Positions 18,393 through 28,462 of a stretch of DNA of 64,000 nucleotides are shown one piece after another. The DNA is from Candidatus Eiseniibacteriota bacterium (GTDB lineage Bacteria > Eisenbacteria > RBG-16-71-46). The DNA is taken from the NCBI GenBank assembly GCA_044222065.1, contig JBGAOA010000002.1, forward strand, positions 1 through 64,000, written 5' to 3'. A model generated the notes under the pieces. It was not told the DNA's origin. It saw nothing but the letters and a program-made list of their open reading frames with translations, and searched no databases. Within the stretch, counting starts at the first letter, position 1, and each line of letters starts with the position of its first letter. Position numbers and translations under genes: made by a program.

Positions 18393-19690
18393 TCCCGCGC
18401 TACGCCCGGGCGGAGATGAGCGCGGTCTGGAGCGACGCGCGCCGGCTCCAGCTGTGGCTCGACGTCGAACTCGCGGCGAGCGAGGCGCGCGAGCGCCGCG
18501 GCGAGGTGCCGGCCGGCACGTGCGCGCGCATCCGCGAACACGCGCGCATCGACGTCGAGCGCATGGATGCGATCGAGGCCGAGGTGCGGCACGACGTGAT
18601 CGCGTTCCTCTCGATGGTCGCCGAGAGCGTCGGCGACGACGCGCGACACCTGCACGCCGGCATGACGTCCTCGGACCTCGTGGACACCGCGCTCGCGCTC
18701 CAGATCGGACAGGCGCTCGCCGTGCTGAGGCCCGCCGTGCGCCGCCTGCGCGCGGCGACGTGGACGCTCGCGCAGCGCCACCGGCGGACGCCGATGATCG
18801 GGCGCACGCACGGCATGCACGCGGAGCCGATCACGTTCGGGCTCAAGCTGCTCGTGTGGGCCGAGGAGCTGCGGCGCGGCGACGCGCGGCTCGCCGCGAC
18901 CGGGGCCGATTGCGCGGTCGGAAAGTATTCCGGCGCGGTCGGGACGCTCGTCCACCTCGACCGCGACCTCGAGGAGTCGGCGCTCGCGGCGCTCGGACTC
19001 CGGCCCGAGCCGGTCGCGAACCAGGTCGTGCAGCGCGACCGGCACGCCGCGCTGCTGTGCGCGATCGCCGTGCTCGGCGGCACGCTCGACAAGATGGCGA
19101 CCGAGATCCGCCACCTGCAGCGCAGCGAGGTGCGCGAGGCGGCGGAACCGTTCTCGATCGGGCAGAAGGGATCGTCCGCGATGCCGCACAAGCGCAACCC
19201 GGTGCGCGCCGAGCGCGTCTCGGGGCTCGCGCGGCTGCTGCGCGGCTACGCGGTCGCCGGGCTCGAGAACCAGCCGCTCTGGCACGAGCGCGACATCTCG
19301 CATTCGTCGGCCGAGCGCGTGATCCTGCCGGACGCGTTCCTCGCCGCGGACTTCATGGTCGCGGAGCTGACGGCGATCCTCGAGCACCTGCACGTGGACG
19401 CCGCGCAAATGCGCCGCAACCTCGAGTCCGGCGGCGGGCTCGCGTATTCGCAGCGCGTGCTGCTGCGGCTCACCGAGGCGGGGCTGTCGCGCGACGAGGC
19501 CTACCGCATCGTGCAGGAGCACGCGCTCGCGGCGCTCGACGGAAGGCGGCCGTTCCGCGACGGACTCGCCGCGGACCCGCGCGTGAGCGCGCGCCTCGAC
19601 GCCGCCTCACTCGCCGCGTGCTTCGACGAGCAGGAGTACCTGAAGAGCGTGGACGCGCTGTTCGCGCGTGCCGCGGGGCCGGACGCGTGA
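18389..19690 (+). CDS. purB: Adenylosuccinate lyase
   Basis: IPRY start, RHDVIAF, GRTHGMHAEP, GSSAMPHKRNP, WHERDISHSS. Confidence 0.97.
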   Translation: MIPRYARAEMSAVWSDARRLQLWLDVELAASEARERRGEVPAGTCARIREHARIDVERMDAIEAEVRHDVIAFLSMVAESVGDDARHLHAGMTSSDLVDTALALQIGQALAVLRPAVRRLRAATWTLAQRHRRTPMIGRTHGMHAEPITFGLKLLVWAEELRRGDARLAATGADCAVGKYSGAVGTLVHLDRDLEESALAALGLRPEPVANQVVQRDRHAALLCAIAVLGGTLDKMATEIRHLQRSEVREAAEPFSIGQKGSSAMPHKRNPVRAERVSGLARLLRGYAVAGLENQPLWHERDISHSSAERVILPDAFLAADFMVAELTAILEHLHVDAAQMRRNLESGGGLAYSQRVLLRLTEAGLSRDEAYRIVQEHALAALDGRRPFRDGLAADPRVSARLDAASLAACFDEQEYLKSVDALFARAAGPDA

Positions 19691-22044
19691 GCACCACCCT
19701 CTCGGCGCCGCCCGCCTGGACGAAGGCGGAAGCGAAGCACCCCGAGCGCGTCGCCGCGCGGTTACTCGAGCGCGGCGTGAAGCTCGAGGCCGAGGAGGTG
19801 ACGCTGCTGCAGAACCTGCTCGAGCGGCCGCCGACGTTTCCCGAGGCCGTGCTGTTCGGGATCCTGTGGAGCGAGCACTGCTCGTACAAGTCCACGCGGC
19901 ACCTGCTCAAGCGGCTGCCGACGCGCGCGCCGCAGGTCGTGCTCGGCCCGGGCGAGGACGCGGGCGTGGTCGCGCTGCCCGCGCCGTGCGCGGACCTGGC
20001 GCTCGTGCTCGGACACGAGAGCCACAACCACCCGAGCCAGGTGCTGCCGGTCGAGGGCGCGGCCACGGGCGTCGGCGGCATCGTGCGCGACATCGGCTGC
20101 ATGGGCGCGGAGGTCGTCGGAGTGCTCGACGCGCTGCGCTTCGGGGAGCCCGCGGGCGGGGTCGCGGCGCGCGACATCGTGCGCGGCGTCGTGCGCGGCA
20201 TCGCGGAGTACGGGAACGCGCTCGGCGTCCCGAACCTCGGCGGTGACGTCGCGTTCGATCCGGGCTTCGACCAGAACTGCCTCGTGAACGTGATGTCGCT
20301 CGGCCTGGCACCCGCGGACGGAATCCTGCGGAGCCGCGTGCCCGAGGGCCCGGGGCCGTGGGTGTTCGTGCTCGTCGGGAAGCCGACCGACGAGAGCGGC
20401 TTCGGCGGCGCCGCGTTCGCGTCGGGCGAGCTCGGCGAGGACGAGGATTCGCGCGGCGCCGTGCAGCTGCCCGATCCGTTCCTCAAGCGCGTGCTTCACG
20501 TCGCGAACGCCGAGGCGTTCCGGAGGATCCGCGAGCGCGGCCTGCCCGCGGGCTTCAAGGACCTCGGCGCGGGCGGCGTCGCGTGCGCGACGAGCGAGCT
20601 CGCGGCCGCGGGCGGCCGTGGCGCGCACATCACGCTCGACCGGCTCCACCGCGTCGCGCGCGAACTGCCTGCCGAGGTGCTGCTGTGCGCCGAAACGCAG
20701 GAACGCTTCTGCTGGGTCGTTGCCGAGAGCTTCGCCGACGAGTTGTGCTCGATCTACAACGAGACCTTCGCGCTCGGCGAGGTGTCGCCCGGAGCCGGCG
20801 CGCGCGTCATTGGACGCGCGCTCGAACAGCCGCTCTACCGCGTGACGTGGAACGAGGAGCTGCTCGTGGACTGCGCGGTGGACGCGATCACGACCGGCCG
20901 CGTCGCGAAGCGGCCCTCCGAGCGGCGGCCGCCGAGCGCGCCGTTCGCGGCGCGCCGGCTCGAGGCCCCCGAGCCGCGGGCGGCGCTGCTGCGGCTGCTC
21001 GGCGGCTTCGCGCTGTGTTCGCGCGAGTACCTGTTCCGCCACTACGACTCCGAGGTGCAGGGCCGCACCTGCCAGCGCCCGGGCGAGGGCGACGCCGCGG
21101 TGATCCGCGCGCACCCCGAGCGCGCGCTCGGGATCGCGACCGCGGTCGCGGGAAATCCGTGGTGGTGCGCGGCGGATCCCGACCTCGGCGCGCGGCACGC
21201 CGTGGCGGAGGCGGCGCGCAATTGCGCGGTCGCGGGCGCGCGTCCGTGGGCGCTCACGGACTGCCTCAACTTCGGCCATCCCGAGGAGCCGCGCGTGATG
21301 GGCGACCTGGAATCCGTACTCGAGGGATTGTCGGTCGCGGCCGAAGCGCTCGGCGGACTCGCGCACCGGGGCGCCCCTCTGCCGTTCGTGAGCGGGAACG
21401 TGAGCCTGTACAACCAGGTCGGCAGCGCCGCGATCCCGCCGAGCCCGATCGTGATGTGCGCGGGGGTGATCGCCGACGTGTCGTGCGCGATCGGCCTCGG
21501 TGCGCGGCGCGCGGGGGACTTCCTCGTCTTCGTCGGCGAACCGCGCTCGGACCTGACCGGCTCGGCGTACGTTCGCGAAGTGCTCGGGCGGGACGCCGGC
21601 GCGCCGCCGCCGCTCGATCTATCGAGCGAAGCCCGGCTCCAGGAACTCGCGGTGCTCGCGGCCGAGGGCCGATGGGTGCGCGCCGCGCACGACGTCTCGG
21701 ACGGCGGGCTCGTCGTCGCGCTCGCCGAGATGCTGCTCGCCTCGCCGCCCGACCGCGGGCTCGGCTTCGAGGTGGACTTCTCGGCGCTCGAGGCCGACAC
21801 CGCGTGCGCGCTGTTCTGCGAGCGGCCCGGGATCGTCTTCGAAGTGAGCCCCGAGCGCGCGGCGCGCCTGTTCCAGTCCGCGCGCGAACGCTCGTTGCTC
21901 GCCTGGCCGATCGGCACCGTGGCCGACCACGGGAACTTCCACGCGCGCCTTCCCGACGAGGACGAGGTGACGTGGTCGGTCGAAGAGCTGCGCGCGGCCG
22001 CGGCCGCGCCGCTCGCGCGGCTCTGGAACGAGGAACTCGAATGA
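19687..22044 (+). CDS. purL: FGAM synthase subunit PurL (small type)
   Basis: WSEHCSYKS, ESHNHPS, GAATGVGGIVRDI, DCLNFG, VSGNVSLYN, HDVSDGGL. Confidence 0.96.
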   Translation: MSTTLSAPPAWTKAEAKHPERVAARLLERGVKLEAEEVTLLQNLLERPPTFPEAVLFGILWSEHCSYKSTRHLLKRLPTRAPQVVLGPGEDAGVVALPAPCADLALVLGHESHNHPSQVLPVEGAATGVGGIVRDIGCMGAEVVGVLDALRFGEPAGGVAARDIVRGVVRGIAEYGNALGVPNLGGDVAFDPGFDQNCLVNVMSLGLAPADGILRSRVPEGPGPWVFVLVGKPTDESGFGGAAFASGELGEDEDSRGAVQLPDPFLKRVLHVANAEAFRRIRERGLPAGFKDLGAGGVACATSELAAAGGRGAHITLDRLHRVARELPAEVLLCAETQERFCWVVAESFADELCSIYNETFALGEVSPGAGARVIGRALEQPLYRVTWNEELLVDCAVDAITTGRVAKRPSERRPPSAPFAARRLEAPEPRAALLRLLGGFALCSREYLFRHYDSEVQGRTCQRPGEGDAAVIRAHPERALGIATAVAGNPWWCAADPDLGARHAVAEAARNCAVAGARPWALTDCLNFGHPEEPRVMGDLESVLEGLSVAAEALGGLAHRGAPLPFVSGNVSLYNQVGSAAIPPSPIVMCAGVIADVSCAIGLGARRAGDFLVFVGEPRSDLTGSAYVREVLGRDAGAPPPLDLSSEARLQELAVLAAEGRWVRAAHDVSDGGLVVALAEMLLASPPDRGLGFEVDFSALEADTACALFCERPGIVFEVSPERAARLFQSARERSLLAWPIGTVADHGNFHARLPDEDEVTWSVEELRAAAAAPLARLWNEELE

Positions 22045-22859
22045 GCGCGCGCGTCGCCGTCGTGCAGTTCCCGGGCGTCAACTGCGAAGCCGAGAGCGTG
22101 CGCGCGCTCGAACGCGCGGGGCTCGAGGCCGAGGTGTTCCGCTGGACGCGGACGCCGGGCGACCTCGCGCGCTTCGACGCCTACGTGCTCCCGGGGGGCT
22201 TCTCGTACCAGGACCGCGTGCGGGCCGGCGCGATCGCCGCGAAGGCGCCGCTGCTCGACGTCCTCGCGGGCGAGGCCGCGCACGGCAAACCCGTGCTCGG
22301 CATCTGCAACGGGGCGCAGGTGCTCGTCGAGGCGGGGCTCGTTCCGGGCGAGCACGGCATCGAGGTCGCGCTCGCGCGCAACCGCTCGCCCGAGCGTGGC
22401 GGCTACTTCGCGCGCTGGGTGCACCTCAAGGTCGAGGCGTCGCCGTGCGTGTTCACGCGCGCGCTCAAGCCGGGCACCGTGCTGCCGCTGCCGATCGCCC
22501 ACGGCGAGGGGCGCTTCACGTCGCGCGACGCGGGCGCCGTGCAGGCGCTGGCGCGGCGCGGACTCGCGCCGCTGCGCTACGCGAGCGCGCGCGGCACGAT
22601 CGCCCGCGGCTGGCCGGACAATCCGAACGGCGCCGACGCGTCGGTCGCCGCGCTCTGCAACCCGGGCGGGAACGTGCTCGCGATGATGCCGCACCCCGAG
22701 CGGGCGCTGGACCTCGTGGCGCTCGCGCGCGGCATCGGCGGCGAGTGGGGGGAGCGGCGCGAGCGCGCGCTCGAGCACGAGGGCGCCGCCGCGCTCGCGG
22801 CGGCCGGACCGGGGCTCGCGTTCTTCTCCGGGCTCGCCCGGCACTTCGCGGAGGCGTGA
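22041..22859 (+). CDS. purQ: FGAM synthase glutaminase subunit PurQ
   Basis: FPGVNC, PGGFSYQD, GICNG, PIAHGEG, NPNG, MMPHPER. Confidence 0.96.
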   Translation: MSARVAVVQFPGVNCEAESVRALERAGLEAEVFRWTRTPGDLARFDAYVLPGGFSYQDRVRAGAIAAKAPLLDVLAGEAAHGKPVLGICNGAQVLVEAGLVPGEHGIEVALARNRSPERGGYFARWVHLKVEASPCVFTRALKPGTVLPLPIAHGEGRFTSRDAGAVQALARRGLAPLRYASARGTIARGWPDNPNGADASVAALCNPGGNVLAMMPHPERALDLVALARGIGGEWGERRERALEHEGAAALAAAGPGLAFFSGLARHFAEA

Positions 22860-23434
22860 TGGCGCGGACCCACGGCAGGAAGTCGACGGTGCAGGCGTGG
22901 ATCGTGCTGAATGCCGACGATCCCGAATCGGCGTCGGCGTTCGCGATCGCCCGCGCGCAGCTCGAAGGCGGAGCGGCGCTCGAGGGGCTGCGGCGCGTGC
23001 GGGTGTTCGAGCTGTCGGGGCCGCTGCCGTCGCTTCGCGACGTCGAGGCGCTGCTGCACCGCTCGACGCAGTTCTACAATCCGCACAAGGAGCGCTGCTT
23101 CGTCCGCACGAGCGGCGGCGATCCCGCGCCGCTCGTCGAGGACGAGCGCGCGGCAATCGTGTGGGAGCGGGGCGGCGACCGGCGCGCGGCGGCCGAACGC
23201 TGGTGGCTGCACGAAACCGGGAAGAAGATCGAGGTCCGAGAGGGCGCGGCGTGGCTCGCACGCTTCGCGCCCGAGGCTTCGCAGTCGGCCGCACTCGAGG
23301 CGCTCGTGCAGGTGCGCGATCGCCGTCACGGGTTGCTCTGCAACCCGCATTCGCAGGACTACCGGGTCGCCGGGGACGAGATCCCGCTGCCGTGGTGGAC
23401 GGGAGTGGCGGCCGACGAGGAGGGACGCCCGTGA
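22859..23434 (+). CDS. Divergent tandem PurS-like protein (two PurS-like repeats)
   Basis: Located between purQ and purF. Repeat 1: IVLNADDPES..RRVRVFEL..FYNPHKE. Repeat 2: ..IEVREG..LLCNPHSQDYRV. Confidence 0.6.
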   Translation: MARTHGRKSTVQAWIVLNADDPESASAFAIARAQLEGGAALEGLRRVRVFELSGPLPSLRDVEALLHRSTQFYNPHKERCFVRTSGGDPAPLVEDERAAIVWERGGDRRAAAERWWLHETGKKIEVREGAAWLARFAPEASQSAALEALVQVRDRRHGLLCNPHSQDYRVAGDEIPLPWWTGVAADEEGRP

Positions 23435-24873
23435 GAGGCTGGAGTCCGGACAAGGCGTGGAACGAGGAGTGCGGCGTATTCGCGGCGATCGGTGTTCCGA
23501 ACGCCGCCGAGGTCGTGGCGCTCGGACTGCACGCGCTGCAGCACCGCGGCCAGGAGGCGGCCGGGATCGTGTCCACCGACGATACGGGACAGTTCCACGT
23601 CCACAAAGGGCTGGGGCTCGTGTCCGAGATCTTCGGCGGCGGCGCGGTCTCGCGGCTCCCCGGGGAACTCGCGATCGGACACAACCGCTACTCCACGACG
23701 GGCAGCGTCACGCGCGAGAACACGCAGCCGCTCACCGTCGTCTATCGCGGCGGCCCGCTCGCGCTCGCCCACAACGGGAACCTCGTGAACGCCGCCGAGG
23801 TGCGGCGCACGCTCGAGGGCTCGGGATCGATCTTCCAGACGACGCTCGACACCGAGATCGTGCTGCACCTCATGGCGATCTCGGGCCTCGACGATCCCGA
23901 GGCGGCGCTCGTGCGCGCGGCCGGGCAGGTGCGCGGCGCGTACTCGCTCGTCGTGCTCGCGCGCGACGCGGTGTTCGCGCTGCGCGATCCGCTCGGCTTC
24001 CGGCCGCTGTGCATCGGGCGGCTCGGCGACGGCTACGTGGTCGCGAGCGAGTCGTGCGCGCTCGACCTCGTCGCCGCCGAATACCTGCGCGACGTCGAGG
24101 CCGGGGAACTCGTGCGGATCGATCCGCAGGGCATGCGGTCGCGGCGCCTCGCGGAGCCGCAGCGTCCGTTGCGGCAGTGCGTGTTCGAGCACATCTACTT
24201 CTCGCGTCCCGACAGCCGCGTGTTCGGCGTCACGGTGGACCGCGTGCGCCGGAAGATCGGCCACCGGCTCGCGGCCGAACACCCGGTCGAGGCGGACTTC
24301 GTCATCTCGGTGCCGGACTCGAGCAACTCGATCGCGCTCGGGTACAGCGAGGCGACCGGCATCCCGTTCGAGCTCGGGCTGATCCGCAACCACTACGTCG
24401 GGCGAACGTTCATCCAGCCCCAGCAGTCGGGGCGCGACTCGAGCGTGCGGGTCAAGTTCAACCCGGTGCGCGAGGTGCTCGCGGGCAAGCGCATCGTGCT
24501 CGTGGACGATTCGATCGTGCGCGGCACGACGTCGCGAAAGCTCGTGCGCATGCTGCGCCGCAACGGCGCGGCCGAGGTGCACTTCCGCGTCGGTTCGCCG
24601 CCCGTCACGCACCCGTGCTTCTACGGCATCGACACGCCGAGCCGCCGCGAGTTGATCGGCGCGGTCAAGACGCCCGAAGAGATCCGCGAGTTCCTCGGCG
24701 CCGATTCGATCGGCTACGTATCGCTGCCGGGGCTGCTCGAGTGCGAGCGCGACGGCGACGCGTTCTGCCACGCCTGCTTCAGCGGCGAGTACGCGGTGCC
24801 CGTGGACCCGAACTCCGGGAAGCTCGTGCTCGAACAGCTGCACCGGATCGAGGCGACCCCGGTGACGCGCTGA
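23431..24873 (+). CDS. purF: Amidophosphoribosyltransferase
   Basis: Propeptide then EECGVF, LQHRGQE, GHNRYST, AHNGNL, VDDSIVRGTTS, CFYGID, FCHACF (Fe-S type). Confidence 0.97.
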   Translation: MRGWSPDKAWNEECGVFAAIGVPNAAEVVALGLHALQHRGQEAAGIVSTDDTGQFHVHKGLGLVSEIFGGGAVSRLPGELAIGHNRYSTTGSVTRENTQPLTVVYRGGPLALAHNGNLVNAAEVRRTLEGSGSIFQTTLDTEIVLHLMAISGLDDPEAALVRAAGQVRGAYSLVVLARDAVFALRDPLGFRPLCIGRLGDGYVVASESCALDLVAAEYLRDVEAGELVRIDPQGMRSRRLAEPQRPLRQCVFEHIYFSRPDSRVFGVTVDRVRRKIGHRLAAEHPVEADFVISVPDSSNSIALGYSEATGIPFELGLIRNHYVGRTFIQPQQSGRDSSVRVKFNPVREVLAGKRIVLVDDSIVRGTTSRKLVRMLRRNGAAEVHFRVGSPPVTHPCFYGIDTPSRRELIGAVKTPEEIREFLGADSIGYVSLPGLLECERDGDAFCHACFSGEYAVPVDPNSGKLVLEQLHRIEATPVTR

Positions 24874-24884
24874 GCGCGCGATTC

Positions 24885-24914
24885 TTGACACGCTTCTTTC
24901 GCGCTCCCTAGATT
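24885..24914 (+). promoter_or_regulatory. Putative sigma70 promoter for lysS
   Basis: TTGACA-N18-TAGATT in the purF-lysS intergenic region. Confidence 0.6.
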
Positions 24915-24969
24915 GCCGCGTTTCCACGTTCCCGCGCGTGCGGGAGCGGGCACCGGCCCCGGAGCGCCC

Positions 24970-26493
24970 ATGGCCCTCGACGAGTTCATCGAACAGCGGC
25001 GGCAGAAGCTCGCCCAGTGGCGCGCGATCGGCGTCGAGCCCTACGCCTACCGCTACGACGCGACGCACCGGGCCGCGGACTGCCTCGCGCTCGGCGACGC
25101 CGTCACGGAGGAGCCGGGGGCGCGGGTGCGGGTCGCCGGGCGCGTGATGAGCCTGCGCGGCCACGGGAAGGCCGGGTTCGCGCACGTGCTCGACGATTCG
25201 GGCCGGCTCCAGGCGTACTTCCGCAAGGATCAGCTCGGCGACGCGTTCGCGCGTTACGAGCTGCTCGACGTCGGCGACTGGATCGGGATCGAGGGCCCGC
25301 TGTTCCGCACCCGCACGGGCGAGATCACGGTGCGCGTGGACGCGGTCGAGCTGCTCGCGAAGGCGCTCCGGCCGATGCCCGAGAAGTGGCACGGCCTCAA
25401 GGACCCGCAGACGCGCTTCCGCCAGCGCTACGCCGACCTGTTCATGAATCCGCACGTGCGCGAGACGTTCCGCCAGCGGAGCCGCATGATCGCCGGCCTG
25501 CGCGAGACGCTCGTCGCGCACCGCTTCCTCGAGGTCGAGACCCCGGTGCTGCAGCCGCTCTACGGCGGCGCGTTCGCCCGCCCGTTCGTGACGCGGCACC
25601 ACTCGCTCGACATGGAGCTGTACCTGCGCATCTCGGACGAGCTCTACCTGAAGCGGCTCATCGTCGGCGGACTCGACCGCGTGTTCGAGTTCTCGCGCAA
25701 CTTCCGCAACGAGGGCATGGACCGCTCGCACAATCCCGAGTTCACGATCCTCGAGTTCTACCAGGCGTTCGCCGACGTGTTCGACATGATGGACCTCACG
25801 CAGGAGATGGTGTCGAACGCGGTGCGCGGCGCGCGCGGCACGCTCGCGCCCGAGTACCAGGGCGAGGTGCTCGACTTCACGCCGCCGTGGCCGCGCGTCT
25901 CGATGCTCGAGTCCGTCAGCGCGAAGGTGGGGGAGAGCGTGCACGCGCTCGATGCCGCGCAGCTCGCGCGCCTCACGAAGGCGCGCGGCATCGCGACGCG
26001 CCCCGGCACGGGCGCCGGCGGGCTGCTCGACGCGCTGTTCAGCGAACTCGTGCAGCCCGAGCTGCGCCGGCCGACGTTCGTCGTGGACTTCCCGGTCGAG
26101 ACCTCGCCGCTCGCGCGCGTGAGCCGCGAGAACCCGAAGGTCGTCGAGCGTTTCGAACTGTTCGTGGCCGGCATGGAGATCGCGAACGCGTTCTCGGAGC
26201 AGAACGACGCCGACGCCCAGCGCCGTGCGTTCGAAGCGCAGATGACGCTGCGCGCCGGCGGCGACGAGGAAGCGCAGGTCATGGACCACGACTACGTGCG
26301 GGCGCTCGAGTACGGCATGCCCCCGACGGGCGGCGTCGGCATCGGCATCGACCGCCTCGCGATGCTCGTCACCGATTCGCGGTCCATCCGCGACGTGCTG
26401 CTGTTCCCGCAGCTCAGGCCGGAGGAAGGGCGCGACGAGCCCGGTGCGGACGACGAAGACGCTCCGAACGGGCCGGACGCTCCCGCGCGTTGA
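24970..26493 (+). CDS. lysS: Lysyl-tRNA synthetase (class II)
   Basis: RQRYADL, EVETPVLQ, GGAFARPF, FRNEGMD, ERFELF, YGMPPTGGVGIGIDRL. Confidence 0.97.
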   Translation: MALDEFIEQRRQKLAQWRAIGVEPYAYRYDATHRAADCLALGDAVTEEPGARVRVAGRVMSLRGHGKAGFAHVLDDSGRLQAYFRKDQLGDAFARYELLDVGDWIGIEGPLFRTRTGEITVRVDAVELLAKALRPMPEKWHGLKDPQTRFRQRYADLFMNPHVRETFRQRSRMIAGLRETLVAHRFLEVETPVLQPLYGGAFARPFVTRHHSLDMELYLRISDELYLKRLIVGGLDRVFEFSRNFRNEGMDRSHNPEFTILEFYQAFADVFDMMDLTQEMVSNAVRGARGTLAPEYQGEVLDFTPPWPRVSMLESVSAKVGESVHALDAAQLARLTKARGIATRPGTGAGGLLDALFSELVQPELRRPTFVVDFPVETSPLARVSRENPKVVERFELFVAGMEIANAFSEQNDADAQRRAFEAQMTLRAGGDEEAQVMDHDYVRALEYGMPPTGGVGIGIDRLAMLVTDSRSIRDVLLFPQLRPEEGRDEPGADDEDAPNGPDAPAR

Positions 26494-27728
26494 AACTCTC
26501 TTTCTGGATCGCCTCCCGCTACCTGCGCACCCGCCGCCACAGCGGCTTCATCACGCTGCTGACCGGCATCTCGATCGGGGGCGTGGCGGTCGGCGTGACC
26601 GCGCTGCTCACGGTGCTCGCCGTGATGAACGGCTTCGAGAACGAGGTGCAGTCGCGCATCGCGGGCACGGACGCCCACGTCGTGCTGCTGGGTGAGAACG
26701 CGGGCGCCGTGCTCGAGTACGAGCGGCTCGCGTCCGAAGTCCGGAAGGACGCCGGGGTCGCGGGCGTCGCGCCGTTCACGTACGCGAAGACGATGGTCTT
26801 TCGCGAAGGCCTCACGGAAGGCATGGTCGTGAAGGGCGTGGACCTCGCCGCCGAGCGCGAGGTCACGACGATCGGTCGCAACATCGCGCCGCCGCTCGAT
26901 TCGATTCCGCGCATCACGGCGGACGGGATCCCCGGCATCGTCCTCGGCGCGGAACTCGCGCGCCATCTCGACGCCCAGGTCGGCGACACCGTGCTGCTCG
27001 CCTCGCTCACGGGCGCGCGCCAGAGCGCGCTCGGCTGGACGCCGAAGCTTCGGGCGTTCCGCGTCGTCGGGCTCTTCACGTCGGGGCTCTACACGTACGA
27101 CTCGAGCTTCGGCTTCATCGCGATCCCGGCGGCGCAGGAGTTCTTCGGCCTCGGCGCCGGCGTGACCGGGCTCGAGGTGCGCCTCCGCGACATGTTCGAG
27201 GCGCCGCAGGCGTCCGCACGCCTCATGCGCGCGCTCGGCGATCCGCGCCTCTCGGCGAACAACTGGATCGAGCTGAACCGGAACCTGTTCACGTGGATGA
27301 AGCTCGAGAAGGCCGTGATGTTCGTGATCCTCGCGCTGATCGTGCTCGTCGCGGCGTTCAACATCGTGAGCACGCTGTTCATGGTCGTGCTCGAGAAGCA
27401 GCGAGACATCGGCGTGCTGAAGACGCTCGGCGCCGATTCGGGAGTCGTGCTGCGCGTCTTCCTGCTCGAGGGCCTGCTGATCGGCGGACTCGGCACCGCG
27501 CTCGGCGCGGCGCTCGGCGGGCTGCTGATCGCGGTGCTGCAGCGCTACCCGTTCGTGCGGCTGCCCGGGGACGTGTACTTCATCGAGCGGCTGCCGGTGC
27601 GCCCCGAGGCGGGCGATTTCGTCGCCGTCATATTGGCCGCTCTCGGCCTGTGTTTGGCCGCCGCGGTGTATCCGGCCTGGCGCGCCTCGCGGCTCGATCC
27701 GGTCGAGAGCATCCGGCGCCAGGGATGA
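26490..27728 (+). CDS. Lipoprotein-releasing ABC transporter permease LolC/E
   Basis: IASRYLR..GFITLLTGISIGG, VMNGFE, MKLEKAVM, VAAFNIVSTL, YPAWRASRLDP. Confidence 0.92.
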   Translation: MKLSFWIASRYLRTRRHSGFITLLTGISIGGVAVGVTALLTVLAVMNGFENEVQSRIAGTDAHVVLLGENAGAVLEYERLASEVRKDAGVAGVAPFTYAKTMVFREGLTEGMVVKGVDLAAEREVTTIGRNIAPPLDSIPRITADGIPGIVLGAELARHLDAQVGDTVLLASLTGARQSALGWTPKLRAFRVVGLFTSGLYTYDSSFGFIAIPAAQEFFGLGAGVTGLEVRLRDMFEAPQASARLMRALGDPRLSANNWIELNRNLFTWMKLEKAVMFVILALIVLVAAFNIVSTLFMVVLEKQRDIGVLKTLGADSGVVLRVFLLEGLLIGGLGTALGAALGGLLIAVLQRYPFVRLPGDVYFIERLPVRPEAGDFVAVILAALGLCLAAAVYPAWRASRLDPVESIRRQG

Positions 27729-27757
27729 CGGCCGGGTTGAAGGAGCCCTCGTAACGC

Positions 27758-28462
27758 ATGGCGAATGGGTCGGTTCACTCCGCGGACGTGATCCTCGAGG
27801 CGAGCGGTCTATCGAAGGCCTATCCGTCGCCGAAGGGCCGACTCGACGTGCTCACGTCGGTCGATCTCGAGGTCAGACGTGGCACAATTCTCGCAGTCGT
27901 CGGTGCCTCCGGCGCGGGCAAGAGCACGCTGCTGAACATTCTCGGAACACTGGATCGCCCGGACGGCGGAACTTTGTCCATTCGCGGACGGCAGGTCGGG
28001 CATCTGAGCGCGCGCGAACTCGCCGCGTTCCGCGCCCGCCACCTGGGCTTCGTCTTCCAGTTCCATCATCTGCTGCCCGAGTTCAGCGCCGAGGAGAACG
28101 TGATGATGCCCCTCTTGATCGGTGGTGCGGCGGCGGACGCGGCGCGCACCCGCGCGCGCGCGGCGCTGCGCGACGTCGGGCTCGAGGAGCGCTGGGAGCA
28201 CCGTCCCGCGGAGCTGTCGGGGGGCGAGGCGCAGCGCGTCGCGGTCGCGCGCGCGCTCGTCGCGGAGCCGGAACTCGTGCTCGCGGACGAGCCTTCGGGA
28301 AATCTCGACGGCGCCTCGGCCGACGGGCTGCACGCGCTCGTCGAGCGTCTCGCGCGCGAGCGCGGCCAGGCGTTTGTCGTCGTGACGCACAATGATAGGC
28401 TCGCCGCGCGAGCCGATCGTGTGCTCGTGCTGGAGGGCGGGCGGCTGCGCCCGCGTTCGTGA
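27758..28462 (+). CDS. lolD: Lipoprotein-releasing ABC ATPase
   Basis: GASGAGKSTLL, GFVFQFHHLLPEF, LSGGEAQR, LADEPSGNLD; adjacent to lolC/E. Confidence 0.9.
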   Translation: MANGSVHSADVILEASGLSKAYPSPKGRLDVLTSVDLEVRRGTILAVVGASGAGKSTLLNILGTLDRPDGGTLSIRGRQVGHLSARELAAFRARHLGFVFQFHHLLPEFSAEENVMMPLLIGGAAADAARTRARAALRDVGLEERWEHRPAELSGGEAQRVAVARALVAEPELVLADEPSGNLDGASADGLHALVERLARERGQAFVVVTHNDRLAARADRVLVLEGGRLRPRS

